This document shows, piece after piece, positions 42,182 to 52,040 of a stretch of DNA of 64,000 nucleotides. The position numbers were made by a program, and so were the translations under genes. The DNA is from Dehalococcoidia bacterium. GTDB lineage: Bacteria > Chloroflexota > Dehalococcoidia > Lucifugimonadales > UBA1123. The stretch lies in NCBI GenBank assembly GCA_963666185.1, contig OY762634.1, positions 1,716,235-1,780,234 of the forward strand, given 5' to 3'. Under the pieces are notes generated by a model that saw nothing but the letters and a program-made list of their open reading frames with translations, made no database searches and was not told where the DNA came from. Positions within the stretch are counted from its first letter, which is position 1. The number at the start of each line of letters is the position of its first letter.

Positions 42182-42487
42182 CTACCAACTCGCCTTCCGA
42201 ACCCCGGGAAGCATACCCTTCAGAGCCATGTCCCGGAACGATATGCGCGACAGCCCGAAGTGCCTTATATAGCCGCGCGGTCTGCCCGTCGCCGAATCCC
42301 GATTGCGTATCCGGTTCGGATTCGAGTCCCTCGGCAAACGCGCCAGCGCCCGCCGCGCCTCCATCCTGTCTTCCTGGGGCAGTCTCATGTCGTTGGCTAT
42401 CGCCTTCAACTCCGCCCTCACAGGCGCGTACTGGGCCACCAGCCTCTTCCGACGCTCATTCTTCGCTACCGCGGACTTCTTCGCCAC
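42182..42487 (-). CDS. rpsN: 30S ribosomal protein S14 (long, non-zinc type)
   Basis: 101 aa. '[17 protein letters not shown]', 'RNRD..TGRPRGY.R.FGLSRI.FR..A..G.LPGV.KASW'. No CxxC pairs. Confidence 0.95.
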   Translation of the reverse strand: MAKKSAVAKNERRKRLVAQYAPVRAELKAIANDMRLPQEDRMEARRALARLPRDSNPNRIRNRDSATGRPRGYIRHFGLSRISFRDMALKGMLPGVRKASW

Positions 42488-42510
42488 TGTCTCTTCTCCA
42501 CAAAATTTAT

Positions 42511-42657
42511 CCCCTCTCCCGCGATGGGAGAGGGCTAGGGCGGAGGGTGTTTCCCCGTCCCTAAAATTCCTTGTATCCCTCTCTCCTTTGAAGGAGAGGG
42601 CGCTTCCTTGTCCTTTATATCCCCTCTCCCTTGAGGGAGAGGGCTAGGGTGAGGGTG
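42511..42657 (+). repeat. Cluster of three REP1 copies (42511-42549, 42578-42602 hairpin-only, 42621-42657)
   Basis: They fill most of the 178-nt rplE-rpsN spacer. The stems are 'cccctctccc/gggagagggg' variants. Confidence 0.8.
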
Positions 42658-42665
42658 TATCCGTC

Positions 42666-43295
42666 TCAGAACGCCCTTTGGCTCTGGCCGGGCCGCGCGA
42701 ACGGCATACCCATCAGTTCCAACAGCCGCAGCCCCTCCGCGTCGTTCGGCGCGGTATTCACTATCACTATCTGCAAACCGCGCATACGATCCACCGAGTT
42801 ATAGTCAATCTCCGGGAACATAACCTGCTCCCTCAGACCGAGCGAATAGTTTCCCCGCCCGTCGAAAGAACTTCTGGAAACTCCCTGGAAGTCCCTTATC
42901 CTGGGCAGCGCCGAACTCACCAGCCGGTCGTAGAACTCGTACATCCGCCTGCCCCTGAGCGTAACGCTCAGGCCGACCGGCATACCGTCCCGTATCTTGA
43001 ACTGCGCTATGGACTTCTTAGCCCGCGTCACCATAGGCTTCTGGCCGCTGATCGCAGTCAGGTCGGCTGTCGCCGCCTCCATCGCGCGAGCGTTCTGGAG
43101 AGCCTCGCCCATCCCGATGTTCAGCACGATCTTCTCCAGGCGCGGTATCTGCATCGGGCTTGTGTACCCGAACTCCTGAACCATCTGGGGGCCGATCTCG
43201 TTCCTGAGCCGTTCCAGCAGGCGGGGCATCGGCCTTGCAGCCGTCCCGTTGCCATTCGCCGAATTGCCGTTGTTTTGTCGCTTTTGCTGCGTCAT
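42666..43295 (-). CDS. rplE: 50S ribosomal protein L5 (with N-terminal Asn/Gly-rich extension)
   Basis: 209 aa. '[15 protein letters not shown]', '[16 protein letters not shown]', '[11 protein letters not shown]'. Confidence 0.95.
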   Translation of the reverse strand: MTQQKRQNNGNSANGNGTAARPMPRLLERLRNEIGPQMVQEFGYTSPMQIPRLEKIVLNIGMGEALQNARAMEAATADLTAISGQKPMVTRAKKSIAQFKIRDGMPVGLSVTLRGRRMYEFYDRLVSSALPRIRDFQGVSRSSFDGRGNYSLGLREQVMFPEIDYNSVDRMRGLQIVIVNTAPNDAEGLRLLELMGMPFARPGQSQRAF

Positions 43296-43603
43296 TCGAT
43301 CACTTCACCGGATTTCTTGAAAACTCTGGCCTTCGTCCCGTCCGCCAAAAATCGGTAGCCTATCTTCCCCGACGTCTCAGACTGTTCATCGTAAAACGCC
43401 AGGTTGGACACCGGCAGAGCCGATTCCTTCTCTATTAGGCCGCCCTGCTGGAAAGCGCCGGTCGGCTTCTGGTGGCGGGTTACTATGTTTATCCCCTCCA
43501 CGACCGCCCTGTGGCGCTTCCTGTCCACTCCTATCACGCGACCGGTCTTGCCCTTGTCGCGCCCCTTGGTGACGATAACCATGTCGTTGGTTCGGATACG
43601 CAC
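43292..43603 (-). CDS. rplX: 50S ribosomal protein L24
   Basis: 103 aa. '[22 protein letters not shown]', KOW motif. Confidence 0.95.
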   Translation of the reverse strand: MRIRTNDMVIVTKGRDKGKTGRVIGVDRKRHRAVVEGINIVTRHQKPTGAFQQGGLIEKESALPVSNLAFYDEQSETSGKIGYRFLADGTKARVFKKSGEVIE

Positions 43604-43971
43604 TAGAGCACCTCCGGGGCCAGCGACACGATTCGCATGAAGTTCTTGTCCCTCAGTTCTCGCGCCACCGGGCCGAATATCCGCGTGCCGCGTGGCATAC
43701 GGTCCTCGTTCACTATCACCGCCGCGTTGTCGTCGAACTTGATGTGAGACCCGTCCACCCGTCGCGTCGGATGCTTCGTGCGAACAACCACCGCCCGCAC
43801 CACTTCGCCCTTGCGTACCTGGGCCGCCGGAGCCGATTCCTTCACGGAGGCCACTATTATGTCGCCCACGTGCGCGTACTGCCTTCCGCTTCCTCCCGGA
43901 ACGCCGATGCAGCTAATCGTCTTAGCCCCCGAATTGTCCGCCACCTTCAGCCTTGAATATATCTGGATCAT
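43603..43971 (-). CDS. rplN: 50S ribosomal protein L14
   Basis: 122 aa. '[17 protein letters not shown]', '[10 protein letters not shown]', '[11 protein letters not shown]'. Confidence 0.95.
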   Translation of the reverse strand: MIQIYSRLKVADNSGAKTISCIGVPGGSGRQYAHVGDIIVASVKESAPAAQVRKGEVVRAVVVRTKHPTRRVDGSHIKFDDNAAVIVNEDRMPRGTRIFGPVARELRDKNFMRIVSLAPEVL

Positions 43972-43984
43972 CGCCTGTCACGCT

Positions 43985-44335
43985 TCAACTTTCGTCTTCT
44001 GCCGCTCTCTCCGCGCTGGCCGAAGCCGCGTAGGACAACACGTCCTCGTCCACCGAAATCTCTTCCGGCTGAACCTCGGCTATCTCTATGCTCGACAATA
44101 TCTCCGTCACCTTCCAACGCTTGGTCTTCGAGCGAGGACGCGACTCGATGACTCTCACCGTGTCGCCGAGCGAGCAGCGGTTCTCAGGGTCGTGAGCGTA
44201 CAATCTCGTCCGCCGACGCACCGCCTTCTTGTATATAGGGTGCGGCCGGCTCCACTCGTAAACCACAACGGCGGTCTTGTCCATCTTGTCGCTGACCACG
44301 CGGCCCACGCGAACTTTTCTTCTCTCGTAACTCAT
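43985..44335 (-). CDS. rpsQ: 30S ribosomal protein S17 (acidic C-terminal extension)
   Basis: 116 aa. '[33 protein letters not shown]', 'SKTKRWKV'. Confidence 0.95.
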   Translation of the reverse strand: MSYERRKVRVGRVVSDKMDKTAVVVYEWSRPHPIYKKAVRRRTRLYAHDPENRCSLGDTVRVIESRPRSKTKRWKVTEILSSIEIAEVQPEEISVDEDVLSYAASASAERAAEDES

Positions 44336-44535
44336 TACACCATGCTTTCGAGTTCGCGCTCGCGCATCACAGTAAGTATCTGCGCGACGCGCTTCTTCGT
44401 CCTGTTCACTTCATTAACGTCCGACAGTTGCATCGTCGCGGCCCGAAACCGCAGATTCATAAGCTCGCGCCTCGTGTCATACAACTCCGCGGCCAGATCC
44501 TGGTCCGCCATTCCTCTCAGATCATCTACCGCCAT
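44335..44535 (-). CDS. rpmC: 50S ribosomal protein L29
   Basis: 66 aa. '[25 protein letters not shown]'. Confidence 0.9.
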   Translation of the reverse strand: MAVDDLRGMADQDLAAELYDTRRELMNLRFRAATMQLSDVNEVNRTKKRVAQILTVMRERELESMV

Positions 44536-44562
44536 GGCAATTCCTTATCTCATCCCGATTTC

Positions 44563-44976
44563 CTAAAGCGCGTGCCTGGAAACTATCTTCGTCCCCATCG
44601 GCAATTTCGACGACGCCAGTCTCAGCGCCTCTCTAGCCGATTCCTCCGGCACGCCCGCTATCTCGAACAGCACCCGGCCCGGCTTCACCACCGCTACCCA
44701 GTGGTCAACCGCGCCCTTGCCGCTGCCCATCCGCGTCTCAGCCGCGCGCGCCGTAACGCTCTTGTCCGGGAATATCCGAATCCACATCTTCCCGCCGCGC
44801 CGGGCGTAGCGCGTCATCGCGCGCCGAGCGGCCTCTATCTGGCGCGAACTCACCCACGCCGACTCCGTGGCCTTCAGCCCGAACTCGCCAAAACTGATCT
44901 TGCTGCCCGCGACCGACACGCCCTTGCGCCGGCCCCTGTGCATATTCCTAAACTTAACTCTGTTGGGTTGAAGCAT
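44563..44976 (-). CDS. rplP: 50S ribosomal protein L16
   Basis: 137 aa. '[19 protein letters not shown]', '[22 protein letters not shown]'. Confidence 0.95.
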   Translation of the reverse strand: MLQPNRVKFRNMHRGRRKGVSVAGSKISFGEFGLKATESAWVSSRQIEAARRAMTRYARRGGKMWIRIFPDKSVTARAAETRMGSGKGAVDHWVAVVKPGRVLFEIAGVPEESAREALRLASSKLPMGTKIVSRHAL

Positions 44977-45721
44977 CTTCCACCGCCTCTTGCGCCGCCG
45001 CCGTCTGGGCGACAGGCTCAGGGTTTGCCGTCAGCGTCACTTCGATTGGGGAAATCTCCTCTTCCTCCACCTCCGGCTCCGGAGCCGTCTCGGGAAGAAT
45101 GTCCCCCTTGTATATCCAGACCTTCACGCCGATGCGCCCGAACTCGGTCGCCGCCTCGGCCAGGCCGTAGTCAATGTCCGCCCTCAGCGTGTGAAGCGGA
45201 ACGCGACCGTCCATCGCCTTCTCCGACCTCGCTATGTCCGCGCCTCCGAGCCTGCCGGAGCAGATAATCTTGATACCCTCGGCCCCCGCCTGCATCGTCC
45301 GCGTCAGCGTCTGGCGGATAGCCCGCCTGAACGCGATTCTGCGCTCAAGCTGGTCGGCCACGTTTCGCGCCACCAGGAAAGCGTCCAGCTCCGGCTGGCG
45401 TATCTCCTGCACGTTCAGCCTCGCGCGCCGGTTTATGAGCGCCACGATGTCCTTCCGCAACTCTTCCACTCGCTGGCCGCCGCGCCCGATCACGATGCCC
45501 GGACGCGCCGTATGTATCGTGATGGTTACGTCGTTGTTGCTGCGCTCTATATCCACCCGCGATATGCCCGCGTCAGGGTAGCCGTCCGCGATCAGCCTGC
45601 GTATCTGGAGGTCTTCGAACACCAGGTTGCGGTAGTCCTCCTGCTTGTCGGCGAACCATTTCGCCTGCCAATCCTTGACGATTCCCAGTCGGAATCCTAT
45701 CGGGTGAGTTTTCTGGCCCAA
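44954..45721 (-). CDS. rpsC: 30S ribosomal protein S3 (acidic C-terminal extension)
   Basis: 255 aa. '[18 protein letters not shown]', KH domain '[18 protein letters not shown]', '[12 protein letters not shown]'. Confidence 0.95.
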   Translation of the reverse strand: MGQKTHPIGFRLGIVKDWQAKWFADKQEDYRNLVFEDLQIRRLIADGYPDAGISRVDIERSNNDVTITIHTARPGIVIGRGGQRVEELRKDIVALINRRARLNVQEIRQPELDAFLVARNVADQLERRIAFRRAIRQTLTRTMQAGAEGIKIICSGRLGGADIARSEKAMDGRVPLHTLRADIDYGLAEAATEFGRIGVKVWIYKGDILPETAPEPEVEEEEISPIEVTLTANPEPVAQTAAAQEAVEDASTQQS

Positions 45722-45722
45722 G

Positions 45723-46064
45723 CTATAGCTCCTCGATCTCGTCCACTACCACCGTTACGTGGCTGCTGCGCTTCAGTATTCTGGACGCGCGTCCCCGCGC
45801 CCTCGCGCGAAACCTCTTCAGGCTCGTCGCCTGGTTCGCGTATATCTCCGTTATTATCAGGTCCGCCGGACGCGCGAAGATCTCGTTCTCTGCGTTCGCC
45901 GCCGCCGACCTCACCACCTTCGCCACCTCCGCCGCCGCCACGCCCGGCTGGAACGTCAGCAGATCCAGCGCCTCTTCGACACTCTTGCCGCGCACCAAAT
46001 CCACTACGGGCAGCATCTTCTTCACGGAGATGCCGGTATTCTTGGCTGTTGCGCTGATAGCCAT
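45723..46064 (-). CDS. rplV: 50S ribosomal protein L22
   Basis: 113 aa. 'GISVKKMLPVVDLVRGKSVEEAL', 'KRFRARARGRASRILKRSSHVTVVV'. Confidence 0.95.
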   Translation of the reverse strand: MAISATAKNTGISVKKMLPVVDLVRGKSVEEALDLLTFQPGVAAAEVAKVVRSAAANAENEIFARPADLIITEIYANQATSLKRFRARARGRASRILKRSSHVTVVVDEIEEL

Positions 46065-46074
46065 TTCCGCTCCC

Positions 46075-46359
46075 TTATCTCACTGCCGAGGCGCGCTCGG
46101 ACTTCGACGAATGGCCGCGGAACGTCCGCGTCGGAGCGAACTCCCCCAGCTTATGCCCCACCATGTTCTCCGTGATGAACAGAGGCACGTGACGCCTGCC
46201 GTCATGCACCGCTATCGTCAGGCCGAGCATATCCGGCATGATGGTCGAAGCCCGCGACCAAGTGCGAATCACCTGCTGAGCGCTGCTGCGCCTCGCGGTG
46301 TCCACCTTCTTCGCCAGCTTTTCATCTACGAACGGCCCCTTTTTGATAGACCTCGACAT
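46075..46359 (-). CDS. rpsS: 30S ribosomal protein S19
   Basis: 94 aa. '[12 protein letters not shown]', '[34 protein letters not shown]'. Confidence 0.95.
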   Translation of the reverse strand: MSRSIKKGPFVDEKLAKKVDTARRSSAQQVIRTWSRASTIMPDMLGLTIAVHDGRRHVPLFITENMVGHKLGEFAPTRTFRGHSSKSERASAVR

Positions 46360-46412
46360 CTTCCATTCCTCGCTGAATCGCCGCCGACCCGGACAACGGG
46401 CCGTCCGCGACT

Positions 46413-47243
46413 CTACCTGTTATACCTTCTCCGCACGATGAACCTGTCCGTGCGCTTGTTCTTCCGCGTCCTCCGACCAAGCGCGGGCTTGCCCCACGGC
46501 GTCTTCGGACTCGGCATACCGATGGGCGAACGGCCCTCGCCGCCTCCGTGCGGATGGTCTCTCGGCGACATAACCACGCCCCGCACCTCCGGCCTCCGCC
46601 CGATGTGCCGTTTGCGGCCCGCCTTGCCCAGCTTCGTGTTCTTGTGATCCAGCGCGCTCAACTGCCCGACCGTCGCCATGCAGTCGCTCAAAACGTTCCG
46701 CATCTCGCCGGAAGGCAGCCGCAGAAGCGTGTACCTGCCCTCTTTAGCCAGCACCTGCGCGCTCGTTCCCGCGCCCCGAACTATCTGGCCGCCCTGTCCG
46801 ATATGCAGCTCCACGTTGTGAACCTGCGTGCCGGCGGGTATAGCCCTCAGCGGAAGCGCGTTTCCGACCCTTATCTCGGCCCGCTCTCCGGCTTCGACCG
46901 TCGCGCCCACCTCCAGCCCGTTCGGAGCCAGGATGTAGCGCCAGTCCCCGTCCGGGTACTTTATCAGCGCGATGCGCGCCGAGCGGTTCGGGTCGTACTC
47001 TATCGAGACCACCTCGCCGGGAACCCCCGGCTTGTTCCGCTTGAAGTCAATCACCCGGTAGCGGCGCTTGTGTCCGCCCCCCCGGTGACGCACCGTGATG
47101 CGTCCCTGATGATTCCTGCCGGAGCGCTTCTTCAGCGGCTTCAGCAGAGACTTCTTAGGCTTCGACGCAGTTATGTCGTCCCGCGTCTGCCGCACCTGGC
47201 CGCGCTGGCCGGGCGTCATGGGTTTCTGTACTTTAAGAGGCAT
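46413..47243 (-). CDS. rplB: 50S ribosomal protein L2
   Basis: Start set to the ATG at 47243 ('[15 protein letters not shown]'), 2 nt after the rplW stop. '[19 protein letters not shown]', '[17 protein letters not shown]'. Confidence 0.95.
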   Translation of the reverse strand: MPLKVQKPMTPGQRGQVRQTRDDITASKPKKSLLKPLKKRSGRNHQGRITVRHRGGGHKRRYRVIDFKRNKPGVPGEVVSIEYDPNRSARIALIKYPDGDWRYILAPNGLEVGATVEAGERAEIRVGNALPLRAIPAGTQVHNVELHIGQGGQIVRGAGTSAQVLAKEGRYTLLRLPSGEMRNVLSDCMATVGQLSALDHKNTKLGKAGRKRHIGRRPEVRGVVMSPRDHPHGGGEGRSPIGMPSPKTPWGKPALGRRTRKNKRTDRFIVRRRYNR

Positions 47244-47245
47244 AT

Positions 47246-47536
47246 CTACACGCCCTCGAATATCGTTATCGTGTTGCCCGGAGCAAGCTGGACGATAGCC
47301 TTCTTCCAATTCTTCGCGGTAGCGAAGCGAGGCCCCATCCTCTTGCGCTTGCCCTTCACCATCATGGTATTCACCTTCAGCACTTCCACGCCGAAAGCCT
47401 CTTCCACCGCCTCTTTAACCTGGTGTTTGGTGGCCGAAACCGCCACCTCAAAAGTGTAGCGTCCTCTGTCCTGCAAGAGCGTGCTGCTCTCGGTAACCAC
47501 CGGACGCCTGATAATCTCGAAAGGATGCAAGTCCAT
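47246..47536 (-). CDS. rplW: 50S ribosomal protein L23
   Basis: 96 aa. '[11 protein letters not shown]', 'YTFEV...[23 protein letters not shown]'. Confidence 0.95.
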   Translation of the reverse strand: MDLHPFEIIRRPVVTESSTLLQDRGRYTFEVAVSATKHQVKEAVEEAFGVEVLKVNTMMVKGKRKRMGPRFATAKNWKKAIVQLAPGNTITIFEGV

Positions 47537-47540
47537 CGTC

Positions 47541-48206
47541 TTATTCCTCCGCCCCCGCGCCGACCGCGGCCGGCTTGCGCTCGAACCTGCCGCCCCAGAT
47601 CGCCTCCGCGTTCCTCACCGCCCGCTCGGTCATTATCACCGTGCGATGATTCAGCAAGTCAGTCGCGTTCAGCGTGTGGCTCGGTCCCATCTTCAGGCGC
47701 GGTATATTCCGCGCCGCCCGCAGAACCTCGGCGCTAGCGCCGTCCGCCACCAGAAGAACCGACGGCCCGGCGCCCAGGCTGCTCAGAGCGTTCGCCACCG
47801 CTTTAGTCTTCGCCTCCGGCTCGAAACTGTCCACCACCACCAGGCTGCCCTCTCTAGCCTTGCCCGAAAGAGCGCTGATGAGCGCCCCGCGGCGCATCCG
47901 CTTCGGAGTGCGCTGGCGATAGCTTCGTGGACTCGGCCCGAACGTGACCCCGCCGCCCTTCCATATCGGCGAGCGGATGGAACCATGCCGCGCGCGGCCG
48001 GTGTACTTCTGCGGCCTCGGCTTCGCGCCGCCGCCAGACACCTCCGCCCGCGTCTTCGTCTTCGCCGTCCCTTGCCGGCGATTCGCCAACTGTCCGACGA
48101 TAGTCTGGTGAATCAGCGCCGGATTCAGCTTCGCGCCAAACACGTCATCCCGAACCTCGACGCTGCCCGTAACCTCGCCGCTTATATTTCTAAGTTCCAG
48201 TTCCAC
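47541..48206 (-). CDS. rplD: 50S ribosomal protein L4
   Basis: 221 aa. 'RQGTAKTKTRAEVSGGGAKPRPQKYTGRARHGS', 'GGGVTFGP.PRSY'. Confidence 0.95.
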   Translation of the reverse strand: MELELRNISGEVTGSVEVRDDVFGAKLNPALIHQTIVGQLANRRQGTAKTKTRAEVSGGGAKPRPQKYTGRARHGSIRSPIWKGGGVTFGPSPRSYRQRTPKRMRRGALISALSGKAREGSLVVVDSFEPEAKTKAVANALSSLGAGPSVLLVADGASAEVLRAARNIPRLKMGPSHTLNATDLLNHRTVIMTERAVRNAEAIWGGRFERKPAAVGAGAEE

Positions 48207-48227
48207 TTTTCACATTCTCGCTTCAAG

Positions 48228-48256
48228 TCTAATTGATAATTCTCAATTCACAAATT
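48228..48256. repeat. AT-rich AATTC-motif repeat
   Basis: 'tctaattgataattctcaattcacaaatt' between the rplC stop and the rplD start. Confidence 0.5.
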
Positions 48257-48904
48257 CTAATTTCCGGCCAACCTCCGCTTCCGACTCCCCGACCTCTTCA
48301 CCAGCGCCACCGAATTTCGAGCGCCCGGCGCCGCCCCCTTCACGAACAGCAGATTGCGCTCCTCGTCCACCTCCACCACTTCCAGCTTGCGAACCGTGAC
48401 CCGATGGTCTCCCATGTGTCCCGCCATTCGCAGGCCCTTGATAACCTTGCCCGGAGTGCTGCCCGCGCCCACCGAACCCGGCGCGCGGTGCCTGTCCGAC
48501 TGCCCGTGCGTCTTCGGACCGCCGCGGAAATTATACCGCTTCACGCCGCCCTGGAATCCGCGACCCTTCGAGTTCGCGGTCACGTCAACCAGATCGCCCG
48601 CGTTGAACAGCCCGACGCCTATCTCCTGCCCAAGCTCAACCTCAGACAAGTCATCCACGCCGAACTCACGAAGAACCCGGAAATTCTTGTCCACGCCCTT
48701 CAGATGCCCGGACGCCGGCCTGTTCAGAGACTTCGCCTCATCATACCCAAGCTGCACCCCGACGTACCCGTCCGACTCTTCCGTCTTCACCTGCGTCACA
48801 GTGCATGGCCCGGCCTGTATGACCGTAACCGCGTCCGCCCTTCCGTCCTCGCGGAACATCTGGGTCGTACCTATCTTCTTTCCGATTATTCCGTGTACTG
48901 GCAT
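48257..48904 (-). CDS. rplC: 50S ribosomal protein L3
   Basis: Start set to the ATG at 48904 ('[17 protein letters not shown]'). '[31 protein letters not shown]'-like motif is present. Confidence 0.95.
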   Translation of the reverse strand: [215 protein letters not shown]

Positions 48905-48937
48905 CTCAACTCTTGCCGTCTCTCTCACTCAGATTTT

Positions 48938-48969
48938 CTCCCCCCTCCCTTGATGGGAGAGGGCCGGGG
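48938..48969 (+). repeat. REP1 hairpin repeat (truncated tail)
   Basis: 'ctcccccctcccttgatgggagagggccgggg'. Confidence 0.7.
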
Positions 48970-48970
48970 C

Positions 48971-49003
48971 AATTCTTAATTGCCAATTCCAAATTTCTAA
49001 TTT
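48971..49003. repeat. AT-rich AATTC-motif repeat
   Basis: 'aattcttaattgccaattccaaatttctaattt', sandwiched between two REP1 copies. Confidence 0.6.
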
Positions 49004-49042
49004 CCCCTCTCCCTTGATGGGAGAAGGTTAGGGTGAGGGCGA
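49004..49042 (+). repeat. REP1 hairpin repeat
   Basis: 'cccctctcccttgatgggagaaggttagggtgagggcga'. Confidence 0.8.
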
Positions 49043-49090
49043 TTCCACACCATCCCATACATCCCCACATCTCGCGAATCCTGATTCAGA

Positions 49091-49408
49091 CTAAAGTTTA
49101 ATCTGAATATCAACCCCCGCCGGAACATTCAGCCGCGTAAGCTGGTCTATCGTCTTCGACGTAGGCTCCAGTATCTCGATAAGCCGATTGTGCGTCCTTA
49201 TCTCGAAATGCTCCCTGGAATCCTTGTCAATGTGCGGAGACCTGATTACGCAGAACCGCTTCTTCGACGTCGGCAGCGGCACAGGCCCGGACACCCGCGC
49301 CCCGGTGCGCTCCGCCGCCTCCACGATCTGCCCAGCCGACTGGTCCAGAATCCTGTGCTCGAAAGCCTTCAGGATTATCCGTATCTTCTGTTGACTCTCT
49401 GTTACCAT
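49091..49408 (-). CDS. rpsJ: 30S ribosomal protein S10
   Basis: 105 aa. '[40 protein letters not shown]', 'RLIEILEPT'. Confidence 0.95.
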   Translation of the reverse strand: MVTESQQKIRIILKAFEHRILDQSAGQIVEAAERTGARVSGPVPLPTSKKRFCVIRSPHIDKDSREHFEIRTHNRLIEILEPTSKTIDQLTRLNVPAGVDIQIKL

Positions 49409-49420
49409 CGCATACCTGTC

Positions 49421-49456
49421 TCAATTGAGAATTTAGAATTGAAAATTGCCAATTCC
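49421..49456. repeat. AT-rich AATTC-motif repeat
   Basis: 'tcaattgagaatttagaattgaaaattgccaattcc' between the fusA stop and the rpsJ start. Confidence 0.55.
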
Positions 49457-51529
49457 TCACACCGCCTCCACCAGTTCCTTCGCCACCTCAACGTAATTGT
49501 CGAACTCCATCGTGTAGCTCGCGCGCCCCTGGGTCAGCGACCTCAGCGCGTTCGCGTACCCGAAACTCTCCGCCAGCGGAATGACGGCCCGCGCCGACTG
49601 TATATCCCCCTCGCCCTCTATGTTCGTGATCTGCGCCCGCCGTCGCCCCAGGTCGCCCAGAACGTCCCCCAGGAACTCGCCCGGCGTCACCACCTCCAGC
49701 TTCATCACGGGCTCCAGCATTATCGGCCTGCCCCGCGACACCAGAGACTTCGCGGCCATCGAACCCGCTATCTGGAAGCTCATCTTCGACGAATCAACCT
49801 CGTGATAGCTCCCGTCAATCAGCGTCATCTTCGCGTCAACCACAGGGAAACCCGACAGCGGCCCAGTCTTCAGAGCGTCTCGCGCGCCATCCTCCACCGA
49901 CGATATGAACTCTTGCGGAATCGCGCCGCCCCTTATCTTGTTCTCGAACTGGATTCCGCCACCTCTGCCGAGCGGCTCTATCTCCATCCAAACGTGGCCG
50001 TACTGCCCGTGTCCGCCCGTCTGCCGAACGAAGCGACCCTCCGCCCGCGCCGACGCGCCCACCGTCTCGCGGTAAGACACCCTCGGCCTCCCCACGTTCG
50101 CCTCCACGCTGAACTCGCGCCGTATCCTGTCCACTATGATGTCCAGGTGCAACTCGCCCATACCCGATATGACCGTCTGACCCGTCTCGCCGTCGTAATT
50201 CACCTTGAACGTCGGATCCTCGTCCGACATACTCACCAGCGAATCGCTCAGCTTATCCTGGTCGCCCCTCGAACGAGGCTCTATCGCTACCGAAACCACC
50301 GGCTCAGGGAACGTGATAGTCTCCAGCACAACCGCGTCGTCCGCGCTTCCGCAGATGGTATCCCCCGTCGTCGTCTCCTTCAGCCCAACCGCCGCCACTA
50401 TCTGCCCAGCCGTAACTTCCCCTATCTCCTCCCGACGATTCGCGTGCATCTGAACCAGCCGACCCAGCCGCTCCCTGCGGCCCTTCGTCGCGTTGAACAC
50501 CATCGAACCGCTCTTCGCGCTCCCCGAATACACTCGGAAATACACCAGCCTGCCTATATACGGATCCGAAACCGTCTTGAAAGCGAGCGCGGCGAACCCC
50601 GAATCCGGGTCCTCTGGGTGTCTGCTGGTCGGCTCTTCCTTCAGATAGGAATGGCCTAGGGTGGGGGGAACGTCGAGGGGGGAGGGGAGATAATCGCCGA
50701 TAGCGTCGAGTAGGGGTTGGATGCCGCGATGCCTGAGCGCCGTGCCGCACAATACAGGCACTATCTTATATTCAAGCGTAGCCCTTCGCAGCGCGTCCTT
50801 GATTTCGTCCTTCGTTATTTCGTCGTCTTCCAGGTACTTCATCAGCAGGTCGTCGTCCGTCTCCGCCACCTTCTCCACCAGCGCGTCCCGATAGTCCCTG
50901 AACTCTTCTATCATCTCTTCCGGAACAGGCCCCTCGCGCGGCACTACCGGCCCTTCCTCGTCATAGAAGATAGCCTTCTCGTCCACCAGGTCAATGATGC
51001 CCTGGAACTTATCCTCCTCCCCTATGGGAATCTGGATGGCCACCGGATTCGCTTCCAGCCGATGCGCGATAGAGTCAATCGCCCTGAAAAAACTTGCCCC
51101 CACTCTGTCCATCTTGTTGATGAAGCAAATGCGGGGGACATTATACTTGTCTGCCTGTCGCCATACAGTCTCGGACTGCGGCTGCACTCCGGCCACCGCG
51201 TCAAAGACAACGACGCCTCCGTCTAGTATTCGGAGGCTTCTCTCCACCTCTGCGGTGAAATCAACGTGGCCGGGCGTGTCAATGATATTCACGGCGTACT
51301 GTTTCCAGGAACACGTAGTCGCCGCCGACGTAATCGTAATCCCGCGCTCCCGCTCCTGCGCCATCCAGTCCATAGCCGTCGTGCCTTCGTCAACGCCGCC
51401 TATCTTATATATGCGGCCCGCGAAATAAAGCACGCGCTCGGTCACCGTCGTCTTCCCGGCGTCAATATGAGCTATGAACCCGATATTCCGGGTATTTTCC
51501 AGCACTCCGTTATTCATGTCATCCTTCAA
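49457..51529 (-). CDS. fusA: Elongation factor G
   Basis: 690 aa. '[14 protein letters not shown]', '[10 protein letters not shown]', 'INKMDR'. Domains IV and V are recognisable. Confidence 0.95.
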   Translation of the reverse strand: MKDDMNNGVLENTRNIGFIAHIDAGKTTVTERVLYFAGRIYKIGGVDEGTTAMDWMAQERERGITITSAATTCSWKQYAVNIIDTPGHVDFTAEVERSLRILDGGVVVFDAVAGVQPQSETVWRQADKYNVPRICFINKMDRVGASFFRAIDSIAHRLEANPVAIQIPIGEEDKFQGIIDLVDEKAIFYDEEGPVVPREGPVPEEMIEEFRDYRDALVEKVAETDDDLLMKYLEDDEITKDEIKDALRRATLEYKIVPVLCGTALRHRGIQPLLDAIGDYLPSPLDVPPTLGHSYLKEEPTSRHPEDPDSGFAALAFKTVSDPYIGRLVYFRVYSGSAKSGSMVFNATKGRRERLGRLVQMHANRREEIGEVTAGQIVAAVGLKETTTGDTICGSADDAVVLETITFPEPVVSVAIEPRSRGDQDKLSDSLVSMSDEDPTFKVNYDGETGQTVISGMGELHLDIIVDRIRREFSVEANVGRPRVSYRETVGASARAEGRFVRQTGGHGQYGHVWMEIEPLGRGGGIQFENKIRGGAIPQEFISSVEDGARDALKTGPLSGFPVVDAKMTLIDGSYHEVDSSKMSFQIAGSMAAKSLVSRGRPIMLEPVMKLEVVTPGEFLGDVLGDLGRRRAQITNIEGEGDIQSARAVIPLAESFGYANALRSLTQGRASYTMEFDNYVEVAKELVEAV

Positions 51530-51535
51530 ACTAAA

Positions 51536-51575
51536 CCCCCTCTCCCTCTATGGGAGAGGGCTGGGGTGAGGGTGA
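51536..51575 (+). repeat. REP1 hairpin repeat
   Basis: 'ccccctctccctctatgggagagggctggggtgagggtga'. Confidence 0.8.
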
Positions 51576-51608
51576 TCCCACCCTTCCCCGTCAACCGTTT
51601 CTCTCAAT

Positions 51609-51655
51609 CGTCATTCCCGCGCTCGCCACCGTCATTCCCGCGAAAGCGGGAATCC
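51609..51655 (+). repeat. REP2 hairpin repeat (one partial + one full copy)
   Basis: 'cgtcattcccgcgc...ccgtcattcccgcgaaagcgggaatcc'. Confidence 0.8.
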
Positions 51656-51675
51656 ACCCTTCCCCGTCAACCGTA

Positions 51676-51705
51676 GTAGGGGCGGGTCCGCAAACCCGCC
51701 CCTAC
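51676..51705. repeat. Perfect 12-bp-stem hairpin GTAGGGGCGGGT-ccgcaa-ACCCGCCCCTAC (REP4-type)
   Basis: Read directly from the sequence. A single copy in this window. Confidence 0.6.
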
Positions 51706-51800
51706 CGAGGCGTATTGCCGTAATTCTGTCGCGCTGTCTGCAAACAGCCCTTAATTCTGCCAGATTTCGCTTGTCCAAATAAAGAGCAGATTGCGGCGTA

Positions 51801-51841
51801 CCCCCTCTCCCTCGACGGGAGAAGGCCGGGGTGAGGGGTGA
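51801..51841 (+). repeat. REP1 hairpin repeat
   Basis: 'ccccctctccctcgacgggagaaggccggggtgaggggtga'. Confidence 0.75.
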
Positions 51842-51897
51842 TTCGCCCCAAACCCGTCCGGTTATCGCCATCCAGTCCGGCCCTCTAAGAACTAAAA

Positions 51898-52032
51898 ACT
51901 ACAAGCCGTCTCATAAATACCGACACGCCCCTTATGGGGCCCTAATCCCCTCTCCCTTGATGGGAGAGGGCTAGGGTAAGGGTGAAAACCTACGGATCCT
52001 ACCGAGGGCTGATGTTTATGAGATAGCTTCTA
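51898..52032 (+). mobile_element. 135-bp MITE-like element, copy 2 (REP1 core at 51947-51985)
   Basis: Near-identical to 25288-25422, with the same terminal inverted repeats. Lies 9 nt downstream of rpsG. Confidence 0.65.
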
Positions 52033-52040
52033 ACGACTCC

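Noticed and set aside
42511-42657. Possible CRISPR array (regularly recurring about 38-nt repeats; also 51536-52032 and 52530-52640)
   Set aside because: The spacing is irregular. The repeats are diverged and individually palindromic with a G-rich tail. Copies are scattered singly across the window and there are no cas genes. They behave as REP/MITE elements.
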